Shown: positions 40,330 to 55,153, counted from the stretch's first letter. The stretch: 64,000 bases of DNA from Octopus vulgaris (GCA_951406725.2 OX597814.1:105276001-105340000); one strand, 5' to 3'. Numbers and translations are program-made. The notes: generated by a model from the sequence alone, not told the origin.

Positions 40330-41120
40330 ACCATGGGCCATTCTGAATTGATATCAGTTCTAGAAGAAGGACTGTGTGAAAGAACTGGTCTTATTAGAAT
40401 TAGAAACACTACTGGTAGTTTAGGATTGGTTTTGGTTGTATACAAGTGACTGGTGTAGGAAGGGGCACTTTTGTTTTGCTATGCATACTAAAATTATCAC
40501 CACATTTATTCCACTTTAGATGGAGAGTGCTTTCCGTAGTATACGGGCTATACCCATCAAGGTTATCTTTTGTAGCTCACGGAGATTGGAGTTACCAGGC
40601 AGTTGCTTAATATACTTCTCAGCTCCTTTCTTTATCATTCCCAACGTACCAATTACTACTGGTATTATCGGAGTATTAAGCTTCCACATTTTTATGATTT
40701 CAATTTGCAGATCTTTATAGTAAGAAAGCTTTTTGTATTCTTTTCTTGAGACATTTTGATCTTGTGGGATTAACAGACAAGTTCCTCTCTTGAAGTCCTT
40801 GATCACAATGTCTGGTCGACTACTGTCAATTTCTCTGTCTGTTTGTATTGGGAAGATCCAAAGGATGGTGACGCCCTCACCATTTATTATATCTGATGGA
40901 TGGTGCCCGTACCACTTATCATGGGATTTAATTTTGTAGTATTTACAAGCATTCAGTGGATGTACTGCCCCAGTCTGTCATGTCTTATGAGGTACTCATT
41001 TTCAGCAAGGACTGGGCAGCCAGAAACAACATGATCAATTGTCATCGTGAATTTTCTGCAAAGTCTGCATGAGGGGTCAGATCCATCTTTAAGGACGCTT
41101 GCAAGGTAGTTTCTGGTATT
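40330..41120 (-). mobile_element. Dong/R4-like 3' fragment
   Basis: CRLC..TIDHVVSGCPVLA..Y..RHD, RPDIVIKD and KDLQIEIIKMWKL..IPVVIGTLG. Confidence 0.8.
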
Positions 41121-41286
41121 AGCAGATTTCGTGTCTGTTTTTTCGTTCTAAACTCATATTCTGCCAAGGTCGACTTTGCCTTTCTCGAGGTCAATGAACC
41201 AAATACCAGTCAAGTTCTGGCATCGATGTAATCAACTAGGTCCAGCGCGCCTCCAAATTCCAGGCCTTGTGCCTATAGTAGTAGTA

Positions 41287-41329
<43 letters not shown>

Positions 41330-41360
41330 CAGCAGCAGCAGCAGCAGCAGCTGCAGCAGC

Positions 41361-41402
<42 letters not shown>

Positions 41403-41922
41403 CAGTACTAATTTTCTGGGAAAAGTCCTCTTTGACAATACCTAAAATGTAAAAGAAGCTGTTCGGTGTCTCTTTGGTGTTTCTGCGGATTCAATTCTCT
41501 TCCTACCACGACGAGGAACTCAGTTGGAAGTTTGTACTAGTGATCCTTTCGTGAGGTTGTCATCACCACGGGATACTGGAAGCTACGACGGCAGCTGGTG
41601 TCGCCCTCCGTGTCTTTAACCAATTTACAGCCTTGCTATAGTCTCTGCCAGACACCCTGCGAAGAGAAAAATGCCAAAGGCTTCAAAGTTATTCATTACA
41701 CGACACACCGACTTCAAAACCTCAAATCAGACTGTATTTCAAAAGAAGACATTATATCCGAATATTTTAATTATAATTAATTATGATTAATTATAAATAA
41801 TACTTTGTAGCTTTCACAGAACGCCTTCCATTTCTGGAATAACAATTGATTGGTTTAACGTTAATTACATTTCAGTAAGGGTAATTACATCTAAAAATTA
41901 AATTATTTTGAGACCACGAGAC

Positions 41923-41963
41923 TTCTCTGAAGAGACTCAATAAGAGCAGAAACATTTGCAGAG
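41923..41963 (+). ncRNA. Degenerate minimal HHR
   Basis: ttct-CTGAAGA-gactc-aataa-gagca-GAAA-catttg-c-agag. Confidence 0.35.
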
Positions 41964-42014
41964 TTGTCTCACGTACAAGGCAGAGAAATTTAAAAGATTA
42001 TATTCGTCATCGTT

Positions 42015-42249
42015 AAAGGCGGCGAGCTGGCAGAACCGTTAGTACGCCGGGTGAAATGCGTAGCCGTATTTCGTCTGCCGTTACGTTCTGAGTTCAAATT
42101 TCGCCGAGGTCGACTTTGCCTTTCATCCTTTAGGGGTCGATAAAATTAAGTACCAGTTACGCAGTGGGGTCGATGTAATCGACTTAATCCGTTTGTCTGT
42201 CCTTGTTTGTCCTCTCTATGTTTAGCCCCTTGTGGGTAATAAAGAAACA
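42015..42249 (+). mobile_element. Octopus tRNA-derived SINE (family B, Meta-domain-like) with 16-bp TSD
   Basis: ggcggcgagctggcagaa..gagttcaaatt..gcctttcatcct..gtcgataaaattaagtaccag. TSD tatattcgtcatcgtt at 41999-42014 and 42250-42265. Confidence 0.9.
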
Positions 42250-42404
42250 TATATTCGTCATCGTTTAACGACTCTTTCTGTCTCCTTATATAAAGGCTTA
42301 AACAAGATGGTGCGTTTTTTAATAACGGTGGGAAGTAAAATAGATCACAACTAGATTCAAACTTTCACAATAAAAATTTGTAAATAATATTGAGGTATAT
42401 CTAT

Positions 42405-42890
42405 CTAGGTCTGGAAGAGTAGAAACATCAGACTCGCTACCAAATGCAGATTGGTGAATGCAATTGTCTTCCCAATAGCAACATATGGATGCGAGACCTG
42501 GACACTAAAGAAAGTTGACCAGAAGAGAATTAATGCATTCGAGCTTTGGTGTTGGAGAAGACTTTTACGGATTCCATGGGCAGCGAGGCTCACCAATGGA
42601 GAAGTTCTTAACCGGGTTGAGCTGAAACTGTCGCTGGAAGCTAGGATAACAAGCATAGATTGGCATACTTTGGTCATATTATGCGGAGAAAATCCCTGGA
42701 GAAGGACATCATGCTCGGCATGGTCAGTGGCAAGAGAGGAAGAGGCCGACCAAGAACCCGCTGGCTTGACACTATCAAGAGTGATACGGGAATGGACATA
42801 GCCAATCTGAAAGAAGCGGCCCAGGATAGAACTGGCTGGAGGACACTGATCCATCGAGTAACCGAGAGTCGACTTGAACTGAGCGGATAG
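42405..42890 (+). mobile_element. RTE (BovB-like) LINE 3' fragment with (GATA)n tail
   Basis: YGCETWTL..AFELWCWRRLLRIPW and YFGHIMRR..GKRGRGRPRTRWLD. It has one frameshift. Confidence 0.9.
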
Positions 42891-42908
42891 ATAGATAGAT
42901 AGATATTC

Positions 42909-42978
<70 letters not shown>

Positions 42979-43477
42979 ATCTGTCGATTTCTTCGACTAT
43001 AATTCTTCAAATAAGGAAATAACATGTAATCAGCTAGGTTCCCTCCACCCCATCACCCCACACATGGCCCCAGCATGGCCGCAGTCTAAATCACTGAAAC
43101 AAGTAAAAGATGAAAGAGGATATGTGTGTGTGTCTGTGTCTGTGTATCTGTGTATGCCTATGTGAGAGGGTACAGGTTTGTCGTGACATCACGTGATAGT
43201 TATAAATAAGTTTCCCTGTCATTCATTTCCAGCATTCTGCGAACGTCTCGCTATGGGCAGATATTTCCTTGTTTGGAGACAGGTAGTGGGGTGGGTATCT
43301 GGAAAGGCACCCCGCCGTAGAAAATCTATCTCAATCTATCTCCGTCTGATCCGCGCATGCAAGCATGCAAAACTAGACGTTGAAACGATGACGACGACGA
43401 TGATGATATAAGTTAACAGGGTGATAGAAGGGGAAGAAGTAGTAGATGGGGACGTGAAGCCAGTAAAAGCGATAGTC

Positions 43478-43556
<79 letters not shown>

Positions 43557-45222
43557 ACGCGCGCAGGTCTATTGGTATACATTTCGTCGTGTATAAACGA
43601 ACTAGAAATAAGGAAATAGCATGTAATTAGATAGGTTACCCCCCACCCCCATCCCCGCACCCACACTCCCTCCTGTTCTCCGCCTTTCCCAATGTGATTT
43701 ATGGCAACAAACAAACAACAACAACAACAACTCACAACCATCATCTATACACATGATATATTACTTCACCATTAACTACTTATGGTACGCCATTTTCTCT
43801 GCACCTCTCCTCTCCCTTTCTCTAAGACTATATATATATATGTCTACCTCTCTGTCTTTTCTTCTCTCTCTCTCTCTTTCGCTCTCTCATTTCCATCTGT
43901 TTGTTCATTCCTGTTCGGGTTTATTTATGTCATAATTACCTATCAAGCGATCGATTATGTTGTGCAGTCTCCGCCGTGATTCCGACAATCAAAGCTACAA
44001 CATGGTTTTCGATTAACGTGAAGAAAGGCTTCACTTAGCGTTGCTTAATGACTTGGCGAATAAAAATGATTTTTTTTTAAAAGAAAGACCACACACACAC
44101 ATACACACGTACAAATAAAAAAAAGGCAACAAAACAATGCATCAAAGCCACAACATCTTATTTCCGTTCCATCATGAGTTTTTAGTCTTTATGACTACGA
44201 AATACAAATGATTTTATTAAAAAACTCGATCATTATCGATTGATTAGGATTAAAATATCTCCTATTATTACTAATGAGTGTTGTTTATTCTTGGTGTTGT
44301 TGTTGGTATTGGTGGTGGTGATGGTGGTGGTGATGGTGGTGGTGATGGTGGTGGTGGTGGTGGTAGTGGCGGTGGTGGTGGTCGTCGTCGTGGTTGTCGT
44401 GGCGTTGGTGTTGGTGTTGGTGGTAGTGGTGGTGTTGGTGGTACTGGTGGTAGGTGGTGGTAGGTGGTGGTGGTGGTGGTGGTGGTGGTGGTGGTGGTGG
44501 TGGTAGTGGCGTGGCGGTCGTGTGGTCGTGGTGGTCGTGGCGGCACTGGTGGTGGAGTGGGGTTGGTGGTGGTAGGTGATTGTAGTAAGTGGTGGTGGTG
44601 GTGGTGGCGGCGGCAGTAGGTAATGGTGGTAGTGCCGGCGGTAGGTGACAGTGGTGGTGGTGGTGGTGTTGGCGGTGATGAGGTATTGATGTTGTTGGTA
44701 GTACAGTGATGTGAAAGACATGATGTTTAGACCCAAGTTAGCGTTAAACAAGTTGACCTGTAGTCAACGGCAATCCACTCGAGACCATCCCATCTTTTTT
44801 CCATGCACAAGTTTGGATTGTCCCAAGTGTCCTCTCCGTTTTAAGACTGTAGATGTAATCTGAAGAAAATTTGGCTGAGTGTACACGAGAGTTGTCGTAA
44901 GATAATTAAGGGATTAATTAATTAATGGTCATTGCGTGGGAGTTAATAATTAAGAAATTCTTTTAAGTTACATTTCTAGATCTGTCTGTTTATTTTGAAA
45001 TCACGCATCGTCTTGCGTAATCTTGTGCAATCTCATTCAACATGAAGACCAGCACCATCATTTTTCAAGTGGATCACGTGAGTAGTTGGGGATATTTTTA
45101 TGTGAAACCATTGGTTGCCGTGCTAATCGATGAATATAGAGTATTTATCCATCAATTTGTATTGACTACTTATTCTCACAGTTCAATAGTAGAGTATGTA
45201 TATACATACATACATACATACA

Positions 45223-45307
<85 letters not shown>

Positions 45308-45603
45308 GACAGGCTTCTTTCAGTTTCCGTCTACCAAATCCACTCACAAGGATTTGGTTGACTCGAGGCTATAGTAGAAGACACTTGTCCAATGTGCCAC
45401 AGAGTGGGACTGAAACTAGAACCATGTGGTTGGGAATCAAGCTTCCTATTCACACAGCCATGCCAGCGCCTATATATATATATATATATATATATATACT
45501 GATAGATATGGCAAGACAACAACAGAATGAAAGCGACCTCGATATTATGTAAATAGAGGAATTTATCTGTTAATATAATATGTGACAGTTATTCGGTAGC
45601 TAT

Positions 45604-45664
45604 GATAAAACTCCGAGTTTCGAATGCCGGGGCGAAAACCCGCGCCGGTATCTCTTCAGTTATC
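45604..45664 (-). ncRNA. Type I HHR in a small pLTR-like element (~45499-45770)
   Basis: gataa-CTGAAGA-gataccgg..ccggcattc-GAAA-ctcggag-TT-ttatc. The element's 3' end abuts (TA)n. Confidence 0.8.
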
Positions 45665-45848
45665 GTGCCATTGAAAAAAATGCTATGAAAATAACCGTTA
45701 AAACAAAGGAAATTTACTGTGTGATTGACTGTTATTAAGGGAAGGGAGTAAAGGTAAGGCAGTAAACATTTTCATAGTAATAGCGTAAGCCCGTATGCCC
45801 ATACATATACATGCGCGTCCGCATACCCACGTACATGCACCTATATGT

Positions 45849-45918
<70 letters not shown>

Positions 45919-46199
45919 GTATATATGTATGTATGTATATATGTATGTACGTATGTATGTATGTAAGTGTATGTGTGTGTGTGTAAATATAAAAGTAAGA
46001 TCCAAGGATCAGGGTGTAGGAAGTAAGGGAGCTTCAAGTAATCCATAGAAAATATTTTAAAAAAACTTTCGGGAAAAAACAATGGTTTACTGGTGCGGAA
46101 AGTTTTGAATTTTTGCCGTATTGAAGTATGACAAGCTGAAAAGAATTATAACATATTTCACGGTTGGCAACGAGGGTTGCCCAGTACGCGAATAAAAAT

Positions 46200-47796
46200 A
46201 GTATAGTTAAGGAATGGAGTAGATAAGATCCGGGGCTACATATGTTTCATAGCGAGCAGAACAACAGAAGTGGTAAATATCCAAGCGAGGTGTCTATTGT
46301 AGGCTACTCTTCAGGCGAAGGGTATCTTGATTAAATGAAAGTTTATATTGTCGCAAGGAGGTATGTTAACACATGGAGGATTCGATCAGAATATATTACT
46401 TTTACGTTTATGAATTTGTGTTGTAAGATTTCTGATGTGAAGTCGTGTATTGAAACAGATAATGTTGTATTTCGGGACGGTTATATTTTTGTTTTACCAA
46501 ATAAACACACGCGCTATATATTCGTTCTTCACTCGTTTATTACTGTTCTTATTCTAACTCATGTCCATTGTCCAGAAATCTTTCGTTATACATCTGTGAC
46601 CTCCTCATAGACACGTTCCGTCTTCGTGTGAGCTCTTTCTCTTCTCATTCCATTTTGGACAATTGACATGGGCTAGAATAAGAACAGTGATAAACGAGTA
46701 AAGAACGAATATAAAGTTCATGGATTTATTTGGCAAAAAACAAATGTCCATCTCGAAATACAATAATACACACACACACGCTAAAACACATACGCGTGGT
46801 CCTCTCCTCGAGTGTACGGTGCATTTATATACAAGATTGCTACTCATACAGAGGTTCATCAATGGGCATCTTGATTTTTCTCTGCATGAGCATTTATTAG
46901 ATTTAGTTGTAATTGTGGCGGCACTGACCTCCATTTTCCGTTTTGGCTACCATCTAGATGTGACCACAGCGGATGTTTTTCATTCTGCTTCATGTCTTCT
47001 TTCTTGGAATTTTGATATATATGTCGAACCGGATGTATTTGTCAGACCGGAAGTAGTTCGCGTGTCATAAGTTATAGTCCCAATAGATGGGTTATTCAAC
47101 AGTTGGTTCATTTTACTGTTATTAATGCGGTGCGTATGCTGCTCTAGATTAATAGAGTTATCGCATGCCACCTCCACTGTGTGTCTATTAAAAATAGCTT
47201 GGCATCTGTTTGACTCTGGGAAACATTTGTCGAAAGCAGCAAAAATTTCGCAAGCGATATTCGTTGAAACATGTGAACCGTGGATTGGGTTGTACCAGGG
47301 GACATCATGATTCCTATAGTTGTTGTTTGGCTTATTTGTGAAAGTGATATAAAGTATGGATTTAGAGAATCATGCGGCTATCAAAGTAAGCCCCTCATTT
47401 GGAACTGGCTGCAAGTCAACGGAGCAATCAATTACCATGTAGTCTATTGTTAAGTGTACATGTAACCGACAAACCAGAAAATCCGAAGGACAAATTTTTC
47501 AACTTGAAGTCAAGATAGAACATAGTCTGCAAAAAATGATTACATCTATCGTTCAATATCATAGATAGATCTACGGTATAACCGTAGATGTAACCATGCT
47601 GTTCTGGCTTGTTTTCCTCTCCAACTCTGCTTTCTATGGATTTCGATCGAACCCCCTTCGAGTTAATGTAAACTTCATATAATGAAGGGATCCTTGGCCT
47701 GAAGAGTAGCTTGCGGTCTCCACCCCACCACCCTCGTTTGGATAATTACTACTTCCGAGGTTCCACTAGCTATGAAACATATCCAGCCTGGATATG

Positions 47797-47800
<4 letters not shown>
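46200..47800 (-). mobile_element. Degraded, 5'-truncated Naiad-type PLE with HHR-bearing pLTR and inverted copy
   Basis: Linker fragments PWYNP..DKCFP..IFNRHTVEV and CSCREKSRCPLMNLCMSSNLVYKCTV. HHR CTGAAGA-gtagc..gctat-GAAA-catatg-TA at 46232-46318 (-), with a related decayed copy at 47696-47788 (+). Confidence 0.75.
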
Positions 47801-47857
<57 letters not shown>

Positions 47858-47919
47858 GAATGTATGTATATATGTATGTATTATGTATGCATGCATGTAT
47901 ATACATATAGAAAAAAATG

Positions 47920-48212
47920 AAAGGGGTACAGTGAATTTGCTCTGTTAAAATATTTAAGAAAAATTAAATTAATGTGTCCTGCTTGTTAAAATACTATTTA
48001 TTTATTTGTGGAGCTGAAGATAGCACTGCATTCAAATTGTTGTAATGATTGCATTGTTCAATTAAATGGAGTCACTTGAATCGGTCGTATTGCATTACTA
48101 CTTGATATCCTGTTGTTTATTTTGATTTTATTCACCTTACTTCGAGCTGCGTGGATTATACCGGACTGACTTTTTGCTTCAACTTAAGTACCTAATTCAA
48201 CTGAGTCTCAAT
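47920..48212 (+). mobile_element. pLTR-like HHR element, degraded copy of the 54780-55102 family
   Basis: gtggag-CTGAAGA...GAAT-cggtcg-TA-ttgcat at 48008-48095. It shares the tail aacttaagtacct..ttcaactga, followed by (TA)n. Confidence 0.6.
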
Positions 48213-48253
<41 letters not shown>

Positions 48254-48735
48254 GAAAACAGAAAATGGAGAGATATTGATGAACAACAATTCACTTACAT
48301 CAACTATTAATTATGAATAGATAATATTTGATTTTCATCAATATATCTCCATTTCCTGTTTACTTTAAATTTTGATTCTTGATAAACTCATGTATATCCT
48401 TGTCTTTACCTAGAATTTATGAGCATAATATGCTTGAATGTATGTATGCCCATGGTTAAACATGGGTTATGTACCTCTAACTCAGCTAACCTTATATATA
48501 TATATAGCTGCCGGTCAAGTAGTGTGGAGCGACTGACCTCCCTTGTTCGAAGGTTATATGGATACAGTTTGTGTATCAAATAGCTAACTTAAGGCGATGG
48601 CCTCATGGAGCTAATAAGCGGACAGCTTTATTCTTATTTTTATAAGAATGCCATATTAGTATGGCGATAGCTATTATTTTCCGGGAACGCTGCCGCTGTT
48701 CTCTTTTAGAGAGACTTAGTAATTTTAATATTTCT

Positions 48736-48787
<52 letters not shown>

Positions 48788-48809
48788 AATATATACATGC
48801 ATACACACA

Positions 48810-49310
48810 TTCATAAACACCAACTCAAGGAATACTGGTGGAATATTCCCATCAAAACTTCTGTAAAATGTAAACATAATAGGCCGGATATTGTTGTTTG
48901 GGACAGAGGGGCAAAGGCATGTGCCATCATAGAGGTTAGGAGCCCTGCAGATATAAATATCTCTTTAAAAATCAAAGAAAAAGAGGATATCTATGGGTAA
49001 CTGCTTCGAAACCTCCAGCTTCTATATACCAGACTATGAATTTATATTCATACCAATAATAATTGGAGCACTGGGTTTTGCTAGTAAATGCTTAAAGGAG
49101 AATCTGGATAAATTGGGATCTTCAGAAAGAGAAATCGATCAGCTAATTCGTACATTATAAGTGTAATCTGTGAGTGGAACAGTAAAAATATGCGAGACTT
49201 TTCTCAAGTTCCAAATGTGAATTTTTCTGTGTTGACTACATCCCAATGATGGGCCTTGTATCTATGTTGGAAACCAGTTCCTTTCTCAGTGGAACATTTA
49301 TAATAATTTT
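48810..49310 (+). mobile_element. RLE-type non-LTR retrotransposon 3' fragment
   Basis: YWWNIPIKT..HNRPDIVVWD..IIEV..PADINISLKIKEKEDIYG and IPIIIGALG. Confidence 0.7.
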
Positions 49311-49798
49311 AAAAAATAGAAGAGATACACACACACATATTGTGGCGGTAGTGGTGGTGGTGGTGGTGGTGGTGAGAAAGTGTTAGTGTAGTGCTGTTAA
49401 TGTTGTGTGTGCGTGTGTTTGTGTATGCAACAAGAATAAACAGGTTTCAAGTACAAATAACATCACTCGTTTCTGTGCTGTGGTAACAGCCGAAAGTTGC
49501 TGAGTTTTTAGTGTCATGTCATCACAAAAATTATCTTTTTAAGTAGTTACGTAAAAAATATGATGCAGCCGCTGATGTGTGCCGGCACTTCATCTGGTGT
49601 GTTGCTTATAATGCACTGCCAAGATGGCGAATGGTAGCCGATAACTGTATAGGAGCTTTTCAATGCAAAATGTTGGATCTGCGTGTGTGCGTGTGGGTGG
49701 GTGGGTCTCAGTAATGTGTTAGTGAATGAAATGGGAAGGAGACATTGCGGAACCTGGACGACTTTAACTGGGATTGGTTTTGTGTAGGGGAACAAAGA

Positions 49799-49880
<82 letters not shown>

Positions 49881-49920
49881 GGTGATGGTGGTGGTGGTGG
49901 TGGTGGTGGTGGTGGTGGTG

Positions 49921-49964
<44 letters not shown>

Positions 49965-50678
49965 TGTAGTAGTGTCAATAATCAAACAGTAGGGGGTGTG
50001 TAAGTTTTCCCACTATGATAAATACCCTTTCTTGTATATCTAATTATCTTAATTGTAGTTGGTTGTGTTTTTTCTTTTTTTTTCTTTCTTTTTTTTTTTG
50101 CTTTTTTTCTTGCTGTACACACGGGGAGAGTTCATTCCCTATTTCATGACAACTAACTCAATGCAAACTTTATGCTCCCTCATCAACTAATCGCTATATT
50201 TCGGTTACATTCATATCATAAGAACTTATTCGTTCTCGTCAACTAAACACCTATTCTATAAATAACCAAACAAAAGATTAGTTATGTTACTTCGATATTT
50301 CAGCGATCACAGAAGCTTATTAAAGAATAAAGATCGAAATTCTATTTCAGAATTTCACAAGTTTACCAGCGAGTGATACACGGTACTGAGTCTTCGAATA
50401 TCAAAAAAGAGCTGCTACCATTTTTTAAAACAACTTTTAATATTATTTGTATTTAAGGCGGTGATCTGGCAGAGTTGTTAGCACACCGGGCAAAATACTT
50501 ACCAGCCTTTCGTTCGTCTTTACGTTCTGAGTTCAAATTCCGCCGAGGACGGCTTACCCTTTTTATTCTTTCGAGGTCGATAAAATAAGTAGGTTAAAAA
50601 CTGCGGTCGATCTCACCGACTTATCCCCTCACCCGAAATTGCTCCCCTTGCACCAAAATTCGGAATCACTATTATTTA

Positions 50679-51084
50679 TTCTTTTCTTTCACTTGTTTCA
50701 GTTATTTGACTGTGGCCATGCTGGAGCACCGCTTTTTAGTCGAAGAAATCGATCCCAGGACTTATTCTTTGTAAGCCCGGCACTTATATCATCGGTCTCT
50801 TCTGCCGAACGGCTAGGTTACGGGGACGTAATCACACCAACATCGGCTGTCAAGCGATGGGGAGAGGGAAAAACATAGACACAAAGACACACACATAAAT
50901 ATATACATATGCACATATATACGACGGGCTTCTTTCAGTTTCCGACTACCAAATCCACCCACAAGGCTTTGGCCGACCCGAGGCTACAGTAGAAGACACT
51001 TGCCCAAGATGCCACGCAGTGGGACTGAACCCGGAACCATGTGGTTGGGAAGCAAGCTTCTTAAAACACAGCCACGCCTGCGCC
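50679..51084 (-). mobile_element. Family A SINE, full length
   Basis: Reverse complement homology to 19949-20383. Confidence 0.88.
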
Positions 51085-51954
51085 TATTTTTTAGTTTCGT
51101 TTCAAATTATTTTCGGAATTTAGATTTCTTAAAGTATGTAAAAGTGTGTAGGTTTATGTAAGGACGATATGGGCATATGTCCTGTATATGGATTCTTGCA
51201 ATGCCCCACAATGTCCCACAATGTCCCACGCTGATGCAAACTTCAGTTTGCATCAAAGATCTAAATGTCTACGGAATACTCAGTCATTTACAATATGACT
51301 CAATTACAAAGATGTACTGTGATCTAACAATTGGAATAGTCATCGTCGATAGCAATGGAGTCCCACTTCGCTAGTTACATGCAACAGTATGGATTGTTTG
51401 AACAAATGTAATTAATTTTCAGTGCAGATTAAATAACATTGGCGACAGAAAAAAAAAACAAAAAAACTTTCAAATGTGTTTGAAATATTATTCTAACCTA
51501 AATTTACATATTTTTAAGAAAATCTTTTGTTTTCTGTTTTCATAAAATTTCACTCAATTTCGTCTTCTGAAATATTTTGCTTTTATTTTCTTCATTTCAT
51601 CCTCTTTATCCGTTAAAACACTTAATATTGTGTCAGCACACAATGAGTATAATCACACAGATATACATAGGTGAATATACGTATATATATATATATGTGT
51701 GTGTGTGAGTGTGTGTAAATTGTTTAGTATATATATTCAACTAGGTCAGGTTATATTTTTTAGAAAATATTCTTTCCTCATAAAAGTAGTTTGCCTTTTA
51801 ATTGAATGTTTAAAGATTTGTTGGAGAGAAAAAAAAGACAAAAATACACGAAACACAAAAAAACCCACTCCTTGATTTCAAAGATTAGGAAAAAGGAATG
51901 AAAAAATATTTGCTGAGAAATAAAAGGGGAATGTGTGATATATATATATATATA

Positions 51955-52007
<53 letters not shown>

Positions 52008-52147
52008 CGCGTGTGTGCGTGTGTGAATTTATATTATGTGTATATACAAAATTATATATAAACGCTCTTTTACATATGGATAAAAATACATTCATACATA
52101 GATATCTAAATGCACATAGGCACACATACACATACATACACACGCAC

Positions 52148-52178
<31 letters not shown>

Positions 52179-52235
52179 CATACATACATAGGTGCGTATA
52201 TATGTATATATACATATATAGATATATATGCATAT

Positions 52236-52298
<63 letters not shown>

Positions 52299-52359
52299 GA
52301 AGAAAATAGATATAGATAGATAGACAGACAGACTTGTAGATAGATAGATATATATATAT

Positions 52360-52396
<37 letters not shown>

Positions 52397-52397
52397 C

Positions 52398-52468
<71 letters not shown>

Positions 52469-52624
52469 TAGATACATACATACATACATACATACATACA
52501 TACATACATACATACATACATACATACATACATACATACATTACATACATACATACATACTTGGATATATAGATATATAAAAATGTATCCATAGACAAAG
52601 AGAATGGCAGACACATAATCAGAC

Positions 52625-52700
<76 letters not shown>

Positions 52701-54289
52701 ATATCTGTCTATCTATATGAATGTATATACGTGTGTGTATGAATGTATGCATGTATACATGTACGTATGTATGTATTTGTATACGTGTGTATGTAAATAT
52801 GTATGTATGCATGTTTGTATGTATGTACGTATGTATGTATGTGTATATGTGTGCATGTAAATATGTATGTATTTACGTATGTATGTGTATATGTGTGTAT
52901 GTAAATATGTATGTATCCATGTATGTATGTATGCATATACCTATTTATGTATGTGTATACGTGTGTATGTAAATATGTATGTATGTATGCATGTGTGGAA
53001 CTTGACATTAATCTTCTTATTTACGTTTCCAAATATACATTTATACATATTTATATACTTATACGTTCGTGTCCGTGTGTTTGTGTGTGTGTGTGCATGT
53101 GAGCACGTGTGTCTGTGTATGTGTGTAGGTAGAAAGATAAGTATATGCCCCTATGTTAGTATGAGCGTGTGTAATTGTGATTATATTAGGAGTGGTATAT
53201 ATACATTTCTTAGCGTAGTGATAACTCTCCATCCATCCATACACAGGCAAATATATATATATGTGTGTGTATATATATATGTAAGCATATTCAGTATATG
53301 TGTTATGTGTGTACGTCTTTGTCAGTTGCTTGTGTGCATGTGCGTGTGTATGGACATGTGTGTGTGTGTATGTGTGTGTGTGTGTGTATGTGTGTGTGTG
53401 TGTGTGTTGTGTCTCAAAGTTGTGAGAGCTCTTGCCCCTCGCCTATGATCTTGCCTTCTTTCATGAAAGGCAGCTGGTTTCAAACTGAAAACCTCTATCA
53501 CAGACTCATATCTGTATATATACTTGAAGCATATACTACATGTACATGTGCGTATACGTGTATCAATATGCGTCTCTCTCTCTCTCTCTCTCTGTACGCG
53601 TATGTATATATATGTGTGTGTATACATATATATATATATGTACGTAGGTATGTATTTATGTATATATGTATGCATGCATGTATGCATGTATATGCTTGTG
53701 TATGTGTATGTACTTCAATAGAACGATATATACAGAAATGTGTTTATATACACACATATGCATCAAACGACGAAAATATGTACATACATGTCTACACGTA
53801 GATATATGTGAGCAGTCATCATGCATTCAAATAGAAACACACACACACACACACGGACACACACAAGACCACTAAATGTATACTCTCATATACTCCCTGA
53901 ATTACGACTCACAAACCGAAAGTAGAAAGAGTAGCATGCACGCATTAATGCATGCTAATGTGAACCCATCCACACACTCAGACGCTTCAGCCAATACATG
54001 TTCCTAGACTGTGAGAAATAATATCCTTTATAGTCGCAAATATAAACTAATATGGTTTCAGGTGCGTGTACGTGTGTACGTGTGTTTGCGTGTGTGTTGC
54101 GTGTGTATGTGGTGTTGCTGTTACATTTGACCTGGCGTGGATCAATAATAGGGGAAGATATCAAAGAAGATAATAATCCTGATCTAGCTTACAGCCAGGG
54201 CCGGCTCAAGGTACCGACAACTCAGGCAGTCGGCAGCATTTCCATGTGCTAGGGGAGTGCCAAGGAAGGTCTGACAAAGACAAGGAAAT

Positions 54290-54760
54290 TTTCGTGACCG
54301 TCAGCTTGTATACGTCTAAGTTCAGCTTATACTCTTTGTGATTTTGGACAATAAGAAAAGTATACAAATGAATCTTACAGCCGTGTGTGGGAAGAAAAGC
54401 ATGGTGAAGCCTTTGAGTGGGAGAGCGACCTTTTCTAGTATTGCAACGAGAAGGGATGGCAAGCATGGTTATTGCCTGTCGAGATTAGCTTGAGAGGATA
54501 TCCTTGTCCGGTGAGTATGGAAATGCTTACAGCTATTGGAATAAGAGATGAAGGGACACAATTAGCTACGCGACGGGAGAGAGTCTTTTACTGGTTATAG
54601 AGTAAGAGAGATGAATGAAGGTAGGAACCAAGAGGAGATGATGAGCAGGGATTTGATCACTTCTGCTGACCAGCCCATGGGGTGATGTTATGGTTCAGGG
54701 TCGAAACACCCGATTTTCGATAGATACCATCACATTCCTTCCGATGGTCAGCTGCATAAA
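54290..54760 (+). mobile_element. Decayed HERO-like RLE retrotransposon 3' end
   Basis: Remnants WEEK..EAFE and GWQAWLLPVEI.LRGYP. Confidence 0.45.
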
Positions 54761-54894
54761 AATATAGAATTTAACTAAATTCGAAAGATTCATTTGTATA
54801 CTTTTCTTATTGTCCAAAATCACAAAGAGTATAAGTAGATAGATGAAGAACATGTTTCATCAACAGCATCATAGTTGTAACCGATATTTTTTCT

Positions 54895-54985
54895 GTGCAG
54901 CTGAAGATTGCTCCATATTTAAAAAATTGAGGTAATATTTGCATTGTTCAATTAAATGGAGTCGCATGAAACGATCGTACTGCAT
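54895..54985 (+). ncRNA. Type I HHR in a small pLTR-like element (~54780-55102)
   Basis: gtgcag-CTGAAGA-ttgctccat..atggagtcgcat-GAAA-cgatcg-TA-ctgcat. The element ends in (TA)n. Confidence 0.8.
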
Positions 54986-55099
54986 TACCTCTGGATATCC
55001 TTGTTGCTTATTTTGATTATTATCACCCCATTTTGAATTATATGGATAATACCATACTAAATTCTGGTGCCTTTAACTTAAGTACCTTATTCAACTGAA

Positions 55100-55153
<54 letters not shown>

